Source: Fidelibacterota bacterium (GTDB lineage Bacteria; Fidelibacterota; UBA2242). Taken from it: a stretch of 64,000 bases of DNA. Location: assembly GCA_041645495.1 (NCBI GenBank), contig JBAZPZ010000003.1, positions 849-64,848 on the forward strand, read 5' to 3'. Below the pieces are notes generated by a model that was given only the letters and a program-made list of their open reading frames with translations, was not told the DNA's origin and did no database searches. Shown here piece after piece: positions 8,050 to 17,150 of this stretch. Each line of letters begins with the position of its first letter. Positions within the stretch are counted from its first letter, which is position 1. Made by a program: the position numbers and the translations under genes.

Positions 8050-8772
8050 TCAAAGATTTCGCTCGATGATTTTCTTCACGTAGGCGGGCATTTCCTGCTG
8101 AAGAGCTTCCGTCTTCTTTTTCAATTTGTCATAAACTTCAACTTCAGCACCAGTCCACATGATGTCTAGTCGACGGGCTGAGCGCATGGCAATGTGTGCA
8201 TAATCCTCAGGGTAAGCCCAGTAGCATGAACGACAGATGTTGGAGTCTTTCTGCTCAAGCCAATTTGCACAATGCTCGCAAGACCAGGACTTCGCGCGAT
8301 TTGCCGAACCGCAGAGCAACATGAAGTCTTCTGGCTTCTGCTTTCCCTCGCCCATATCCCCCGCAACCTCAAAAGGGATACGATGGTCAATCTGCAGCTC
8401 ACGTTCGTCGAATGGTTCAAGATAAACAGCGCACCGCGAACCGTGCTTTTCGATTAAGGCTTGTTTCAGTTCCTTTGTGAAAGCCGTGCGCCCGATCAGT
8501 TTTCCGAATCGGGACTTACTTGGATCACCGAAGCGATATGCGGCGATCTTGCGCCCATCTGCGCCTTCCACCCTGTACATCTCAATTGGGATGCCGTTCT
8601 CTTTGACGTCGCGGACGGCACGTGGGGGATGATTGTAGCCGTATTTGTCCTTCAACTCCTGTGTGGTTATGAATCCATGCTTGAGAATGTGGTCAATAAC
8701 AGTCCGAGGACGCTTTGCCGTGACCTTCTTGCACAGCCGTATGAATTCTTTGGGAAGTTGCGGTTTCGTCAT
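8050..8772 (-). CDS. HNH-family restriction endonuclease (type II R-M, R subunit)
   Basis: 240 aa. HNH core LQIDHRIPFEVAGD ... LLCGSANRAKSWSCEHC with flanking Cys/His zinc ligands. The start overlaps the stop of the upstream methyltransferase (ATGA). Confidence 0.75.
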   Translation of the reverse strand: MTKPQLPKEFIRLCKKVTAKRPRTVIDHILKHGFITTQELKDKYGYNHPPRAVRDVKENGIPIEMYRVEGADGRKIAAYRFGDPSKSRFGKLIGRTAFTKELKQALIEKHGSRCAVYLEPFDERELQIDHRIPFEVAGDMGEGKQKPEDFMLLCGSANRAKSWSCEHCANWLEQKDSNICRSCYWAYPEDYAHIAMRSARRLDIMWTGAEVEVYDKLKKKTEALQQEMPAYVKKIIERNL

Positions 8773-9683
8773 GATCTCGTCTCAAAAAGGCACATTTGTT
8801 CGCTTTGCGGTAAGTGGTAGACAGTTTTTGATTCGATGAGTTCATCGGCAAGTGCTGGGGACAGGTAAAGAGATTCAACAGTCGCATCGTCCCTGCCCAG
8901 AAGGGTTGCTTGCGTAGATCGTCCGGCGTTCAACTCCATGTGCGAAAGGTTCAAGTGTTCGGGCAGGCGTACGCCATGAACTTTATTGCCGGTGCGCCCA
9001 TCGTAACTGACAATATATCGGATATGCCTGGCGTTGAGGTGCTCAAGAACTTCAACGAACTCACAAAACTGCACGCTAGCAAGATAACGAGTATCTCTAT
9101 TTCCACAGACGCCTTGATAAGGCGGATCCATATAAACCAAGTCGCCATCGCCTGCTCTCAGCACGGCATCACGGTAATTTGTAGAAGAAAATGATGTCTT
9201 GCCTTTCAGTAAATAGGACGCGCCACAAACCTGTTCGTGCATGGTCGCAGGCGTCGCTCCTCGCCGTCTGTTATCGGGGCTTTGGTTGAACTCGCCATTC
9301 GCGTTATACCGTACTGATGCTTTTACGCATCTGGCTAGAAGGTAGAGGAAGTAGTCTGGCCTTCCGGTAAGATTGAATTCATCCCGTATTTTGCGGTAAT
9401 AGGACTTAGGGTCGGCAAGTTGTTCTTTCCAAAGCGATTCGTACTCCTTGGCCAGTTTATCCGGTGTGTTGACAATAGCCCTCCAAAGGTCCACCAACGG
9501 CTTGTTCAGGTCGTTGATGTGAAATCGCTTGGCACGCCTGTGCGCAGCGGCGGCCAGCGAAATGGCGGCCGACCCAGCAAAAGGCTCATGCAGAGTCTCA
9601 ACACTAGCGGGGAAACATCGCAAGATGTCCCCGGCCAAGTTCCGCTTGCTTCCTTGGTATGGTATAGGATGAGGAACGTTCAT
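8769..9683 (-). CDS. N6-adenine DNA methyltransferase, Dam-like (D12 class)
   Basis: 304 aa. N-terminal PYQGSKR (AdoMet motif I of Dam-type methyltransferases) and catalytic VYMDPPYQG (DPPY motif IV). Paired with the HNH endonuclease. Confidence 0.8.
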   Translation of the reverse strand: MNVPHPIPYQGSKRNLAGDILRCFPASVETLHEPFAGSAAISLAAAAHRRAKRFHINDLNKPLVDLWRAIVNTPDKLAKEYESLWKEQLADPKSYYRKIRDEFNLTGRPDYFLYLLARCVKASVRYNANGEFNQSPDNRRRGATPATMHEQVCGASYLLKGKTSFSSTNYRDAVLRAGDGDLVYMDPPYQGVCGNRDTRYLASVQFCEFVEVLEHLNARHIRYIVSYDGRTGNKVHGVRLPEHLNLSHMELNAGRSTQATLLGRDDATVESLYLSPALADELIESKTVYHLPQSEQMCLFETRS

Positions 9684-9789
9684 ATCAGCACTCTATTCAA
9701 AAACCTGTCTTCTTTTCATGTCCTTCTCGTGCCCCAACATATGTTTATACCGCACACCTGACTCCGTTTTTTTCTCTTTTGAAAGCCCT

Positions 9790-9880
9790 CATCATGACGC
9801 CATCAATTTAGACTTAAACAATTCTTTTGTCAAGATACTCTCAACCTTCAGAAGGTTGAAAACCTTCTGAAGGTTTTACC
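9790..9880. repeat. R element copy 2: same ~90-bp repeat; palindromes at 9843-9857 and 9861-9875
   Basis: Matches 541-630. Lies 2-12 nt after the selB stop (9887) and about 170 nt upstream of the methyltransferase start (9683). Confidence 0.6.
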
Positions 9881-9886
9881 ATTCCT

Positions 9887-11815
9887 TCACTCTTTCAACT
9901 TCCTCACATCTTCTTCCCGCTTCGTGAGTCCGGTTCGGTCGTAATAATTCAGCAAAGGAATCACCCATTTGCGGGAAGTCTGGAGCAGTTCTTTCAGTTC
10001 AGCGACGGTCGCCTCGCCTTTTTTATTGAGATAATCAGCAATCAGTTTGCGCCCCTTTTCGATCGTGTCGGAATGGAACGCGAGATTCCGTTCGGGGATG
10101 ACGATTTTTCCGGCGTCGGTTAAGTAGGCGAACAGCGGCTCGGCTTCGTCTTCCGGCAGGTTTAGTTTTTCCCGGATTTCGGTCAGATCGGGCGGCGCGA
10201 ATCCGCCGGCGATCAGCGCCGACTCGATTTGCAGGATCGATTCCGATTGTTTTCGAGAAAGAACCGGCGAGAAGTCGCCCAGCCGCCATTTATCGCCGGA
10301 AACCACTATTTTATTTTCGTTTTTAAGTTCATTCGTCAGCCAATCCGCCATCCCGAAGCTTCGGGAGAGTTTTACCTCCGCGAGAAGACTCGCTTTCGAT
10401 TGACCGGAGAGAATCGGATTCTTCCGATGGAACTGCAACAGAATTTCGATCAAACGTTCCTTCATTGCCGGGATTTCGGAGACCGAAACGTAACCGGTTT
10501 TGATCAAAACGAGCCTGTTACGGTCGGCAAGTTCCCGCAGAAGCTTCACTGCCGAACTTTCGGAGATCGAAAGTCTCTGCGCAACATCGAGAGGTGAGAA
10601 AAGTGTCCCCGGATGGAGGAAAAAGAGGTTTTCGGCGCAGAAAAGCAGGTCATCGGCGATGAGTTTTCCGATCCGATCCGCTTTTGCGGACTCTTTTTTC
10701 CGGAGCGGTTCGGGGAAAACTTCGAGAACCGTCGCGCCGCCGATCGTCGCCGCCGGAGAATAAGTTCGCAGGATCAGTCGGTCGTGGAATCCGGCCGAAA
10801 TTTCTTCGTCGAAGAGGATTTGCGCGACGCACGACTCGCCCGGCCAGAGTTCGTCTTTGCCGATCGGGCGGATTTTGGCGATGAATTCGCCGGTTCCGAG
10901 GTGAACACGGACGACGGAATTGTATTTCAGCGGCGATGCGGTCGGCAGAAGTCCGATGTGGCAGGTTACCAGCCGCGTCGGGCGGAAATATCCGGGCGTC
11001 GCGAGGAAATAGCCGCGCTTCAGATCGTCCTTATCGACGTTCTGTAGGTTGATTGCGGCGCGATGACCGACGCCAATCCTGTCCGTCTGCTTTCCATGCG
11101 ACTGAATGCCGCGGACTTTCGTCCGAATCTTCAGCGGCGCGATCTCCACTTCATCGCCGATGCGCAATTCTCCCGAAATAATCGAACCTGTGACGACCGT
11201 TCCATAACCTTTGACGATAAAAGCGCGGTCGATCGGCAGACGAAACAGGTCGGTTGTGTTTTCCCGCTCGAACTGTGCCGCTTTTTGTAAGATCGTTTCC
11301 TTTAGTTCGGGAATTCCGGCGCCTGTGACGGCAGAAACGCAAAGAATCGGTTCGTTTTCGAGAAATGTTCCGTAGACAAATTGCCGGACATCTTCCAGAA
11401 TCATCTCCAGCCATACAGAACTGACGAGATCGATCTTGTTGACGACGATCAGTCCCGAGCGGATGCCGAGAAGTTTGAGGATTTCCAGATGTTCGCGGGT
11501 CTGCGGCATGATTCCGTCATCCGCGGCGACGACGAGAAGCGCCAGATCGACGGTATTTGCGCCGGTGACCATGTTCTTGATGAACTTTTCATGCCCGGGA
11601 ACGTCGATGAAGGCGATATTTTCATTCAGAAACGCAAAGCCGATGTCGATGGTCATGCCGCGACGGCGTTCTTCTTCAAGCCGGTCGGGATCGACACCGG
11701 TCAGCGCCTTCAAAAGCGACGATTTGCCGTGATCGATGTGTCCGGCGGTTCCAAAAATGACCGGTCTTTGTCCGCTGACAGGTTCATCGGACAGTTTTTG
11801 GTTTTCTGTTGGCAT
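9887..11815 (-). CDS. selB: Selenocysteine-specific translation elongation factor
   Basis: 642 aa. GTPase motifs (GTAGHIDHGKS, DVPGHEKF, NKID) followed by a long winged-helix C-terminal extension typical of SelB. Adjacent to selA. Confidence 0.85.
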   Translation of the reverse strand: MPTENQKLSDEPVSGQRPVIFGTAGHIDHGKSSLLKALTGVDPDRLEEERRRGMTIDIGFAFLNENIAFIDVPGHEKFIKNMVTGANTVDLALLVVAADDGIMPQTREHLEILKLLGIRSGLIVVNKIDLVSSVWLEMILEDVRQFVYGTFLENEPILCVSAVTGAGIPELKETILQKAAQFERENTTDLFRLPIDRAFIVKGYGTVVTGSIISGELRIGDEVEIAPLKIRTKVRGIQSHGKQTDRIGVGHRAAINLQNVDKDDLKRGYFLATPGYFRPTRLVTCHIGLLPTASPLKYNSVVRVHLGTGEFIAKIRPIGKDELWPGESCVAQILFDEEISAGFHDRLILRTYSPAATIGGATVLEVFPEPLRKKESAKADRIGKLIADDLLFCAENLFFLHPGTLFSPLDVAQRLSISESSAVKLLRELADRNRLVLIKTGYVSVSEIPAMKERLIEILLQFHRKNPILSGQSKASLLAEVKLSRSFGMADWLTNELKNENKIVVSGDKWRLGDFSPVLSRKQSESILQIESALIAGGFAPPDLTEIREKLNLPEDEAEPLFAYLTDAGKIVIPERNLAFHSDTIEKGRKLIADYLNKKGEATVAELKELLQTSRKWVIPLLNYYDRTGLTKREEDVRKLKE

Positions 11816-11826
11816 GAAATGGGAAT

Positions 11827-13260
11827 TTAAAGCGATGCGCCGATGGTTCGGATCGCATCGGAAATCGCCGGAAGATCGGCGGACGGCACGGCTTTCAGAT
11901 CGAGATAAAATTCTTCGGACTTCGTGTATCCGATGATCGGCGGGTGATTCTTCCGGAACAGTTCGGCCAGCCGGACGACAGAGATTTTCTCCGGTGAAAA
12001 GACAATCGCCGCGCTGGGAATCGTCTCCGTCGGCAGTGAGCCGCTTCCCGCCTCAACGACGGTCTCGCGAACCGAGATTCCGAGTTCCTTCACGAGCGTT
12101 ATGGGCAAAGTGCGAACGATCTTTTCCGCTTCGTTGAGCAAGAGATGGCTGTCGCGCGCGAGTAGTTTGTAGGTTTGAATACGTTTCTCCGGCTCCGTCA
12201 ATAAATAACGTTTCAGCGTCGCGCAGAGAAGTGCGAAAGTCGTTTTATCGCACCGGACGACGCGCATCAGCGGGTTTTTCCGGAGAAGGCGAACCGACTC
12301 TTTCTTCCCGACAACGATTCCACACTGCGGCCCGCCGGGAAGTTTATCGCCGCTGAACGTTACCAGATCGACGCCCGCTTCGATAAATTCAGAAACGACG
12401 AGTTCCGCCGGAAGCCCGACTTTCTTGGTGTCTAATAACGCGCCACTGCCGAGGTCGAAGATGACCGGAACGCCGCGCTCATGCGAGAGTCGAACGATTT
12501 TTTCGGGTTCAGGTCGGGTTGAGAATCCCTGAATTTTGTAATTGGATGGATGCGCGAGTATAATTGCGCCGGTTTTTGCGCCGATCACATTCTCATAATC
12601 GCTCAGATGTGTCCGGTTGGTTGTCCCGACTTCGATCATTTTCACGCCGCTTTTTTTCATGATCTCAGGAAGCCGGAACGAACCGCCGATCTCGATCAAT
12701 TCGCCGCGCGAGACAATAACTTCTTTGCGGTTTGCCAGCGAATTCAGCGCCAGAAAGACCGCCGCGGCGTTGTTATTTACAACAGCGGAATATTCCGCGC
12801 CCGTCAGCAACTTCAGGTAATCGTCCGTGAGGTTGAGCCGTTCGCCGCGCTCGCCGGTATTCACGTCGAATTCCAGATTGGAGTATCCCGAAAGTATTTC
12901 AGCCGTTTCCGAAAGGATTTCACTGCCGAACGGCGCGCGTCCCAGACCGGTGTGCAGGACAATTCCGGTCGCATTGATCACTTTTTTCAGCGGCAGAGAC
13001 AGAAGGTCTTCACTTTTCGATCTTATCCGGCGGCAAATCTCTTCGACGGCGCTCTGCCGGTCTTTCAAAGAAATTCGTCTCCGAACGATTTCGGTTCTCA
13101 GCGCTTCTATTTCGGATCGGATCAGTCTTACGAGAATCTCCGGTTTGAATTCAGGCAGTTCGGCGGCAATCAAATCGGCAACTGATTGAACGGATGGCAG
13201 GATTTTCCAGTCGAAAGGCGCTTCGGATTTCGGTTGGGTCATTCGGGCGGTCTCAGTCAT
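11827..13260 (-). CDS. selA: L-seryl-tRNA(Sec) selenium transferase (selenocysteine synthase)
   Basis: 477 aa with the SelA PLP fold (NATGIVLHTGLGRAP, GDKLPGGPQCGIVVG). Located upstream of selB. Confidence 0.85.
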   Translation of the reverse strand: MTETARMTQPKSEAPFDWKILPSVQSVADLIAAELPEFKPEILVRLIRSEIEALRTEIVRRRISLKDRQSAVEEICRRIRSKSEDLLSLPLKKVINATGIVLHTGLGRAPFGSEILSETAEILSGYSNLEFDVNTGERGERLNLTDDYLKLLTGAEYSAVVNNNAAAVFLALNSLANRKEVIVSRGELIEIGGSFRLPEIMKKSGVKMIEVGTTNRTHLSDYENVIGAKTGAIILAHPSNYKIQGFSTRPEPEKIVRLSHERGVPVIFDLGSGALLDTKKVGLPAELVVSEFIEAGVDLVTFSGDKLPGGPQCGIVVGKKESVRLLRKNPLMRVVRCDKTTFALLCATLKRYLLTEPEKRIQTYKLLARDSHLLLNEAEKIVRTLPITLVKELGISVRETVVEAGSGSLPTETIPSAAIVFSPEKISVVRLAELFRKNHPPIIGYTKSEEFYLDLKAVPSADLPAISDAIRTIGASL

Positions 13261-15127
13261 GCAAATGATTGGTCTGATGGTTCATGAACTGCGTTTCGTA
13301 GAAATAACGGTACAGAGAATCCTCTTTTTTCAGCAGTTCTTCGTGCGTGCCGGCCTCGTGAATCTTTCCTTTTTCCAGAACGATGATCTTGTCGGCGTTC
13401 TGGATCGTCGAGAGCCGGTGCGCGATGACCAAAACCGTCCGGTCTTTCATGAGCCGTTCGATAGCGTTCTGAACCTTTTGTTCCGATTCGGAATCGAGCG
13501 AGGAAGTAGCTTCGTCGAGAATGAGGATGGGCGGATTTTTCAGCAAAGCGCGGGCGATCGCGAGACGTTGACGCTCGCCTCCGGAGAGTCGCATGCCTTT
13601 GTCGCCGATCATCGTTTCGAATTTATCCGGGAAAAGGTTGATGAATTCCAACGCATTCGCGGCGTCCGCGGCGGCGGCGACTTTTTTCGGATCGGTATCT
13701 CCGAGTCCGTAAGCGATGTTGTTGAAGATCGAATCATTGAACAGAATTGTCTGCTGGGTGACGATTCCCATCAGCGACCGGAGCGAATCAAAAGTGACGT
13801 CGCGGATGTCGATTCCGTCGATTCGGATGGAACCGCCGACGGGATCGTAGAAGCGCGGCAGAAGATCGACCAGCGTCGATTTCCCGGCGCCGCTATGCCC
13901 GACGATGGCAACGATCTCGCCCTTCCTGATCGTCATATTAACATCGGAAAGCACCTCGTGGGACGTCTGCGGATACATAAAGCGAATGCGGTCGTATCGG
14001 ATTTCCTGATGAAAACCGTCCAATACCAGTGCATTGGGTTTTTCGACGACGTCGGGTTTTTCATCCAGAATCGAAAATATCCGTATAGACGAAGCGATCG
14101 CCTCCTGAATATCCGCGTTGACATTGTTCAGGCTCTTGAGCGGCGTCATCAGCGCAAAAAGCATGATGATAAACCGGACGAAATCCTCCGCTTCGATTCC
14201 ATGTCCCATCAGAACGGCGCTACCGCCAAACCATAGCAAAGAAACGCCGATGGCCACGCTAAAAAACTCGTTGATCGGCGTCGAGACGATCTTCAGTTTC
14301 CGGCGTCTGAAAAGTAATTGAAAATATCTTTCGGTTTCGTGGAAGAAGCGCGCCTTCTCGAATTTTTCCATGCAAAACGCCTTGATGACACGAACTCCGT
14401 GGAGAGTCTCGTCAAGAATCGCCATGATTCCGGCAATCTGCTTGGATGTGCGAATTGACTTACGCCGAATGCTTTGGCCGATCCTGGAAATCGTGATGAA
14501 GGTGAGCGGCAGAATGATAACGGCAAAAAGACTCAGCCGCCACGAGATGATAAAGAGCAGGATCATGAACGAGAGAATGTTGATCGGCTCGACGAGAAGT
14601 TTGTCGAAACTGACTGAAAATGAGTGTTGGACGGTGGAGACGTCGTTCAGCACGATGGACGAGATTTCACCCGCTCGCTTTCGCTGAAAAAATGAGAGCG
14701 AAAGTCGGTGCAAATGTCCGTAGAGTGTGTTCCGCAGGTCGCGTACGAGTTTTAACTGCACATAGCCGATGCATACGTTTTTAATATAAAAGAAGATGTT
14801 TTTGAGTGTAAACATCAAAAGGATCGTCAGACACAGCATCCTCAGGGTTTTTAATGGTTCATCCCGCATGACCAGTTTGTTCGTGATAGCTTTCAATTTG
14901 TCATTGGCGCTGAGTTTGACGGGAAGTGTCGGCTTGACGACGATATTTTCGGGTTTCGCTTGTTGTACGACGGTTGGCGTCTTGGGAAAAAGCACATTGA
15001 CGAACGAAGCGGTCAGCCAGATAGAGGCACTATTAAACAGGACGAATAGGATTGAAGCCAGAAGGCCTGTCGTGAGCGTTTTCCAATATGGTTTGACTAA
15101 CTTCAAAATGCGGAAATAGAGTTTCAT
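13253..15127 (-). CDS. msbA: ABC transporter permease/ATPase, MsbA-like lipid A exporter
   Basis: 624 aa. Six-TM N-terminal domain plus nucleotide-binding domain: Walker A GHSGAGKST, signature LSGGERQRLAIARAL, Walker B ILILDEATSSLD. Confidence 0.8.
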   Translation of the reverse strand: MKLYFRILKLVKPYWKTLTTGLLASILFVLFNSASIWLTASFVNVLFPKTPTVVQQAKPENIVVKPTLPVKLSANDKLKAITNKLVMRDEPLKTLRMLCLTILLMFTLKNIFFYIKNVCIGYVQLKLVRDLRNTLYGHLHRLSLSFFQRKRAGEISSIVLNDVSTVQHSFSVSFDKLLVEPINILSFMILLFIISWRLSLFAVIILPLTFITISRIGQSIRRKSIRTSKQIAGIMAILDETLHGVRVIKAFCMEKFEKARFFHETERYFQLLFRRRKLKIVSTPINEFFSVAIGVSLLWFGGSAVLMGHGIEAEDFVRFIIMLFALMTPLKSLNNVNADIQEAIASSIRIFSILDEKPDVVEKPNALVLDGFHQEIRYDRIRFMYPQTSHEVLSDVNMTIRKGEIVAIVGHSGAGKSTLVDLLPRFYDPVGGSIRIDGIDIRDVTFDSLRSLMGIVTQQTILFNDSIFNNIAYGLGDTDPKKVAAAADAANALEFINLFPDKFETMIGDKGMRLSGGERQRLAIARALLKNPPILILDEATSSLDSESEQKVQNAIERLMKDRTVLVIAHRLSTIQNADKIIVLEKGKIHEAGTHEELLKKEDSLYRYFYETQFMNHQTNHLHD

Positions 15128-15128
15128 T

Positions 15129-15755
15129 TTATGCGCACCTTTGGGCTATTTCGTCGGCGCTCACCGCGCCCTGACGAAGAATCGAAAATCTGTCTGTAAA
15201 AATCTTGACGACCGTCGAAGGAATCCGGCTTGCGGAATCCGAAGACTTCAAAACGATCGGCACCGAGTCACCGAAATACCGGACAACCTCTTCGATGTTT
15301 TCCGCAGGCTTTTTGCCGGACGGATTGGCGCTGGTCGTCGTAATCGGATTCGGAAAACGGCGCAATATTTTGTTCAATAGTCCCGCGTTGATGACACGGA
15401 GACCGATAAATCCATCGTCCACGAATTGTTCGGAAAAATTCCGGTCGCTCTTCGGTAAAACAAGCGTCACACGTCCGGGCAACAACGAACAGACCGCGTT
15501 TCGCTGGTAGTCGTTCAGGTTCGGAAAATCTTTCAGTAATCGTTCCACATCCGAATATAAGACACTTATCGCTTTTGGGGAAGACCTGCCTTTCAGCCGG
15601 ACAAGATTCCCGACGGCGGACGAATTAAAAACATCCACGCCCAGTCCGTAGATCGTGTCCGTCGGATAAGCGATAATCTGCCCGCAGGAGAGCACGGTTA
15701 AAATCGCTTCGGTCTGCGACGCGGAAATCGTATCCAATGAAATGATCTCAGGCAT
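15129..15755 (-). CDS. tsaC: L-threonylcarbamoyladenylate synthase (YrdC/TsaC family)
   Basis: 208 aa with the AYPTDTIYGLGVD motif of YrdC/Sua5. Confidence 0.8.
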   Translation of the reverse strand: MPEIISLDTISASQTEAILTVLSCGQIIAYPTDTIYGLGVDVFNSSAVGNLVRLKGRSSPKAISVLYSDVERLLKDFPNLNDYQRNAVCSLLPGRVTLVLPKSDRNFSEQFVDDGFIGLRVINAGLLNKILRRFPNPITTTSANPSGKKPAENIEEVVRYFGDSVPIVLKSSDSASRIPSTVVKIFTDRFSILRQGAVSADEIAQRCA

Positions 15756-16671
15756 TGTTACCCAACAACTCCTTTGGCGGTTTGGTTTTCCACCGGCGAT
15801 GAAACCAGTAATATTGCTCGGGGCACCGGCGAATTTCTTCCTGAAAATAATCGGTGATAGATTGCGTCACCTGCTGAATCGGATCGCCCGATTCTTGAAT
15901 TGCGTCTTCCACTTGCAGTTCTTTTAACCGAATGGCATATTTGCCATCGGTGTCCATCAAGCAGGTTCCGAGGATCAACGGGCACTTGAGTTTGGTCGCA
16001 AACAGAGCCGGACCGCGAAAGGTTGAAGACCACTGATCGAAGAATCGGACAAAAATCCCGTTCTTCCCGGCATCCTGATCCGCGACCATGTAGAGAATAT
16101 TTCCGTTTTTGACGAATTTCCACATCTTTACGGATTGACGTTTTGTTTTGGGAAACAGACGAGCGCCGTTCCGTGTGCGCGTCCGAAAAATGAGATTATG
16201 CGTGAGTGGATTTTTGAGTTTCTTCGCGATGGCGCCGATCGCATAACCTTTTCTTGCGTACCAATCGGCGAATACTTCCCAATTCCCAAGATGGAACAGA
16301 ACGATGAGCGCTCCTTTCTTTTGTTTCAATACATCGTCGAGAACGGACTGATCGTCGTTCCGAACATACCGGAAAAACCGGGAATCCGAAAGATGAAAGA
16401 CCGGGATCAGGTCGAAATAAACTTTGGTAAAATGGACGTAAGCGCGTCGGGCGATCCGATGTCGCCATTGACGGGTCGATTCGGGGAATGCACGTTTCAG
16501 ATTATTCAGGACGACTTTTTTCCGAAAAGGTAAGAAAAAGTAGGCGAACGTTCCGACAAATTCAGCGAACGTTTGCCGGGAGCGGATCGTCAACGGCGTC
16601 AGAACCCACACGAGCAGGCGAAGACACAGATACTCGAACCAAAATTGCGTCGATAACTTTTTTTTTGACAT
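15748..16671 (-). CDS. Lipid A biosynthesis (Kdo2-lipid IVA) acyltransferase, LpxL/HtrB family
   Basis: 307 aa lysophospholipid-acyltransferase-superfamily member with an N-terminal TM anchor, in an LPS-biosynthesis neighbourhood (msbA, kds genes). Exact specificity is unknown. Confidence 0.6.
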   Translation of the reverse strand: MSKKKLSTQFWFEYLCLRLLVWVLTPLTIRSRQTFAEFVGTFAYFFLPFRKKVVLNNLKRAFPESTRQWRHRIARRAYVHFTKVYFDLIPVFHLSDSRFFRYVRNDDQSVLDDVLKQKKGALIVLFHLGNWEVFADWYARKGYAIGAIAKKLKNPLTHNLIFRTRTRNGARLFPKTKRQSVKMWKFVKNGNILYMVADQDAGKNGIFVRFFDQWSSTFRGPALFATKLKCPLILGTCLMDTDGKYAIRLKELQVEDAIQESGDPIQQVTQSITDYFQEEIRRCPEQYYWFHRRWKTKPPKELLGNNA

Positions 16672-16707
16672 GGGAGACGGTAACGATCGGATTAGCCGCG
16701 TCGGGAT

Positions 16708-17148
16708 TTATTCGTACACTTGCTTGAAGACGTCGAGAAGCGATCGTTTTTTCGTCTCGTGTTTTCCGGCGGCATAAATCAGCGCGTCGAATAACGGCTT
16801 TTCACGATTGAACTCGTTCTGATAGAAGATATCGATCCAAGAAATGAACTCTTCCTTTTGCGTTTCGTCCATCCCGCTGAACAAATCGAATAATGGATCG
16901 GTGAACTTTTTCTTGAATTGATCGGAATATTCTTTCTCTTTTTTGGACTCTTCGAGACGGCACTGGATTTCATAAGTCCGATAGAGATAAGCATGAAGGA
17001 ACACTTTTTTTTCAGAGAGATTGAGCGTGTGCCAATAGAGGCTCTGACCCCAGGCAGTATAGTCCATATCGGGCGTTTTCAGCGTATCTTGTCCGGGCAG
17101 GAAACTGCAAAACAGTAACAGAAAAAATATAACCTGGATTTTTTTCAT
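16708..17148 (-). CDS. Hypothetical secreted protein (about 146 aa)
   Basis: The ORF track gives a 242-aa ORF with an Arg-rich N-terminus, likely spurious. An internal ATG at 17148, preceded by GGAG, gives MKKIQVIFFLLLFCSFLPGQD, a signal peptide. Confidence 0.45.
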   Translation of the reverse strand: MKKIQVIFFLLLFCSFLPGQDTLKTPDMDYTAWGQSLYWHTLNLSEKKVFLHAYLYRTYEIQCRLEESKKEKEYSDQFKKKFTDPLFDLFSGMDETQKEEFISWIDIFYQNEFNREKPLFDALIYAAGKHETKKRSLLDVFKQVYE

Positions 17149-17150
17149 GG

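Noticed and set aside
9684-9886. Possible tRNA or selC integration site next to selB
   Set aside because: I could not identify a cloverleaf or T-loop consensus (GTTCGAATC-like) here or elsewhere in the window. This was manual inspection only.
9740-9886. attI site or integron integrase adjacent to the first cassette
   Set aside because: No tyrosine-recombinase ORF is present on either strand; selB occupies the flank. Only the single GTTGGGG core at 9732-9738 and the R element are present, so this is treated as a CALIN-like array rather than a complete integron.
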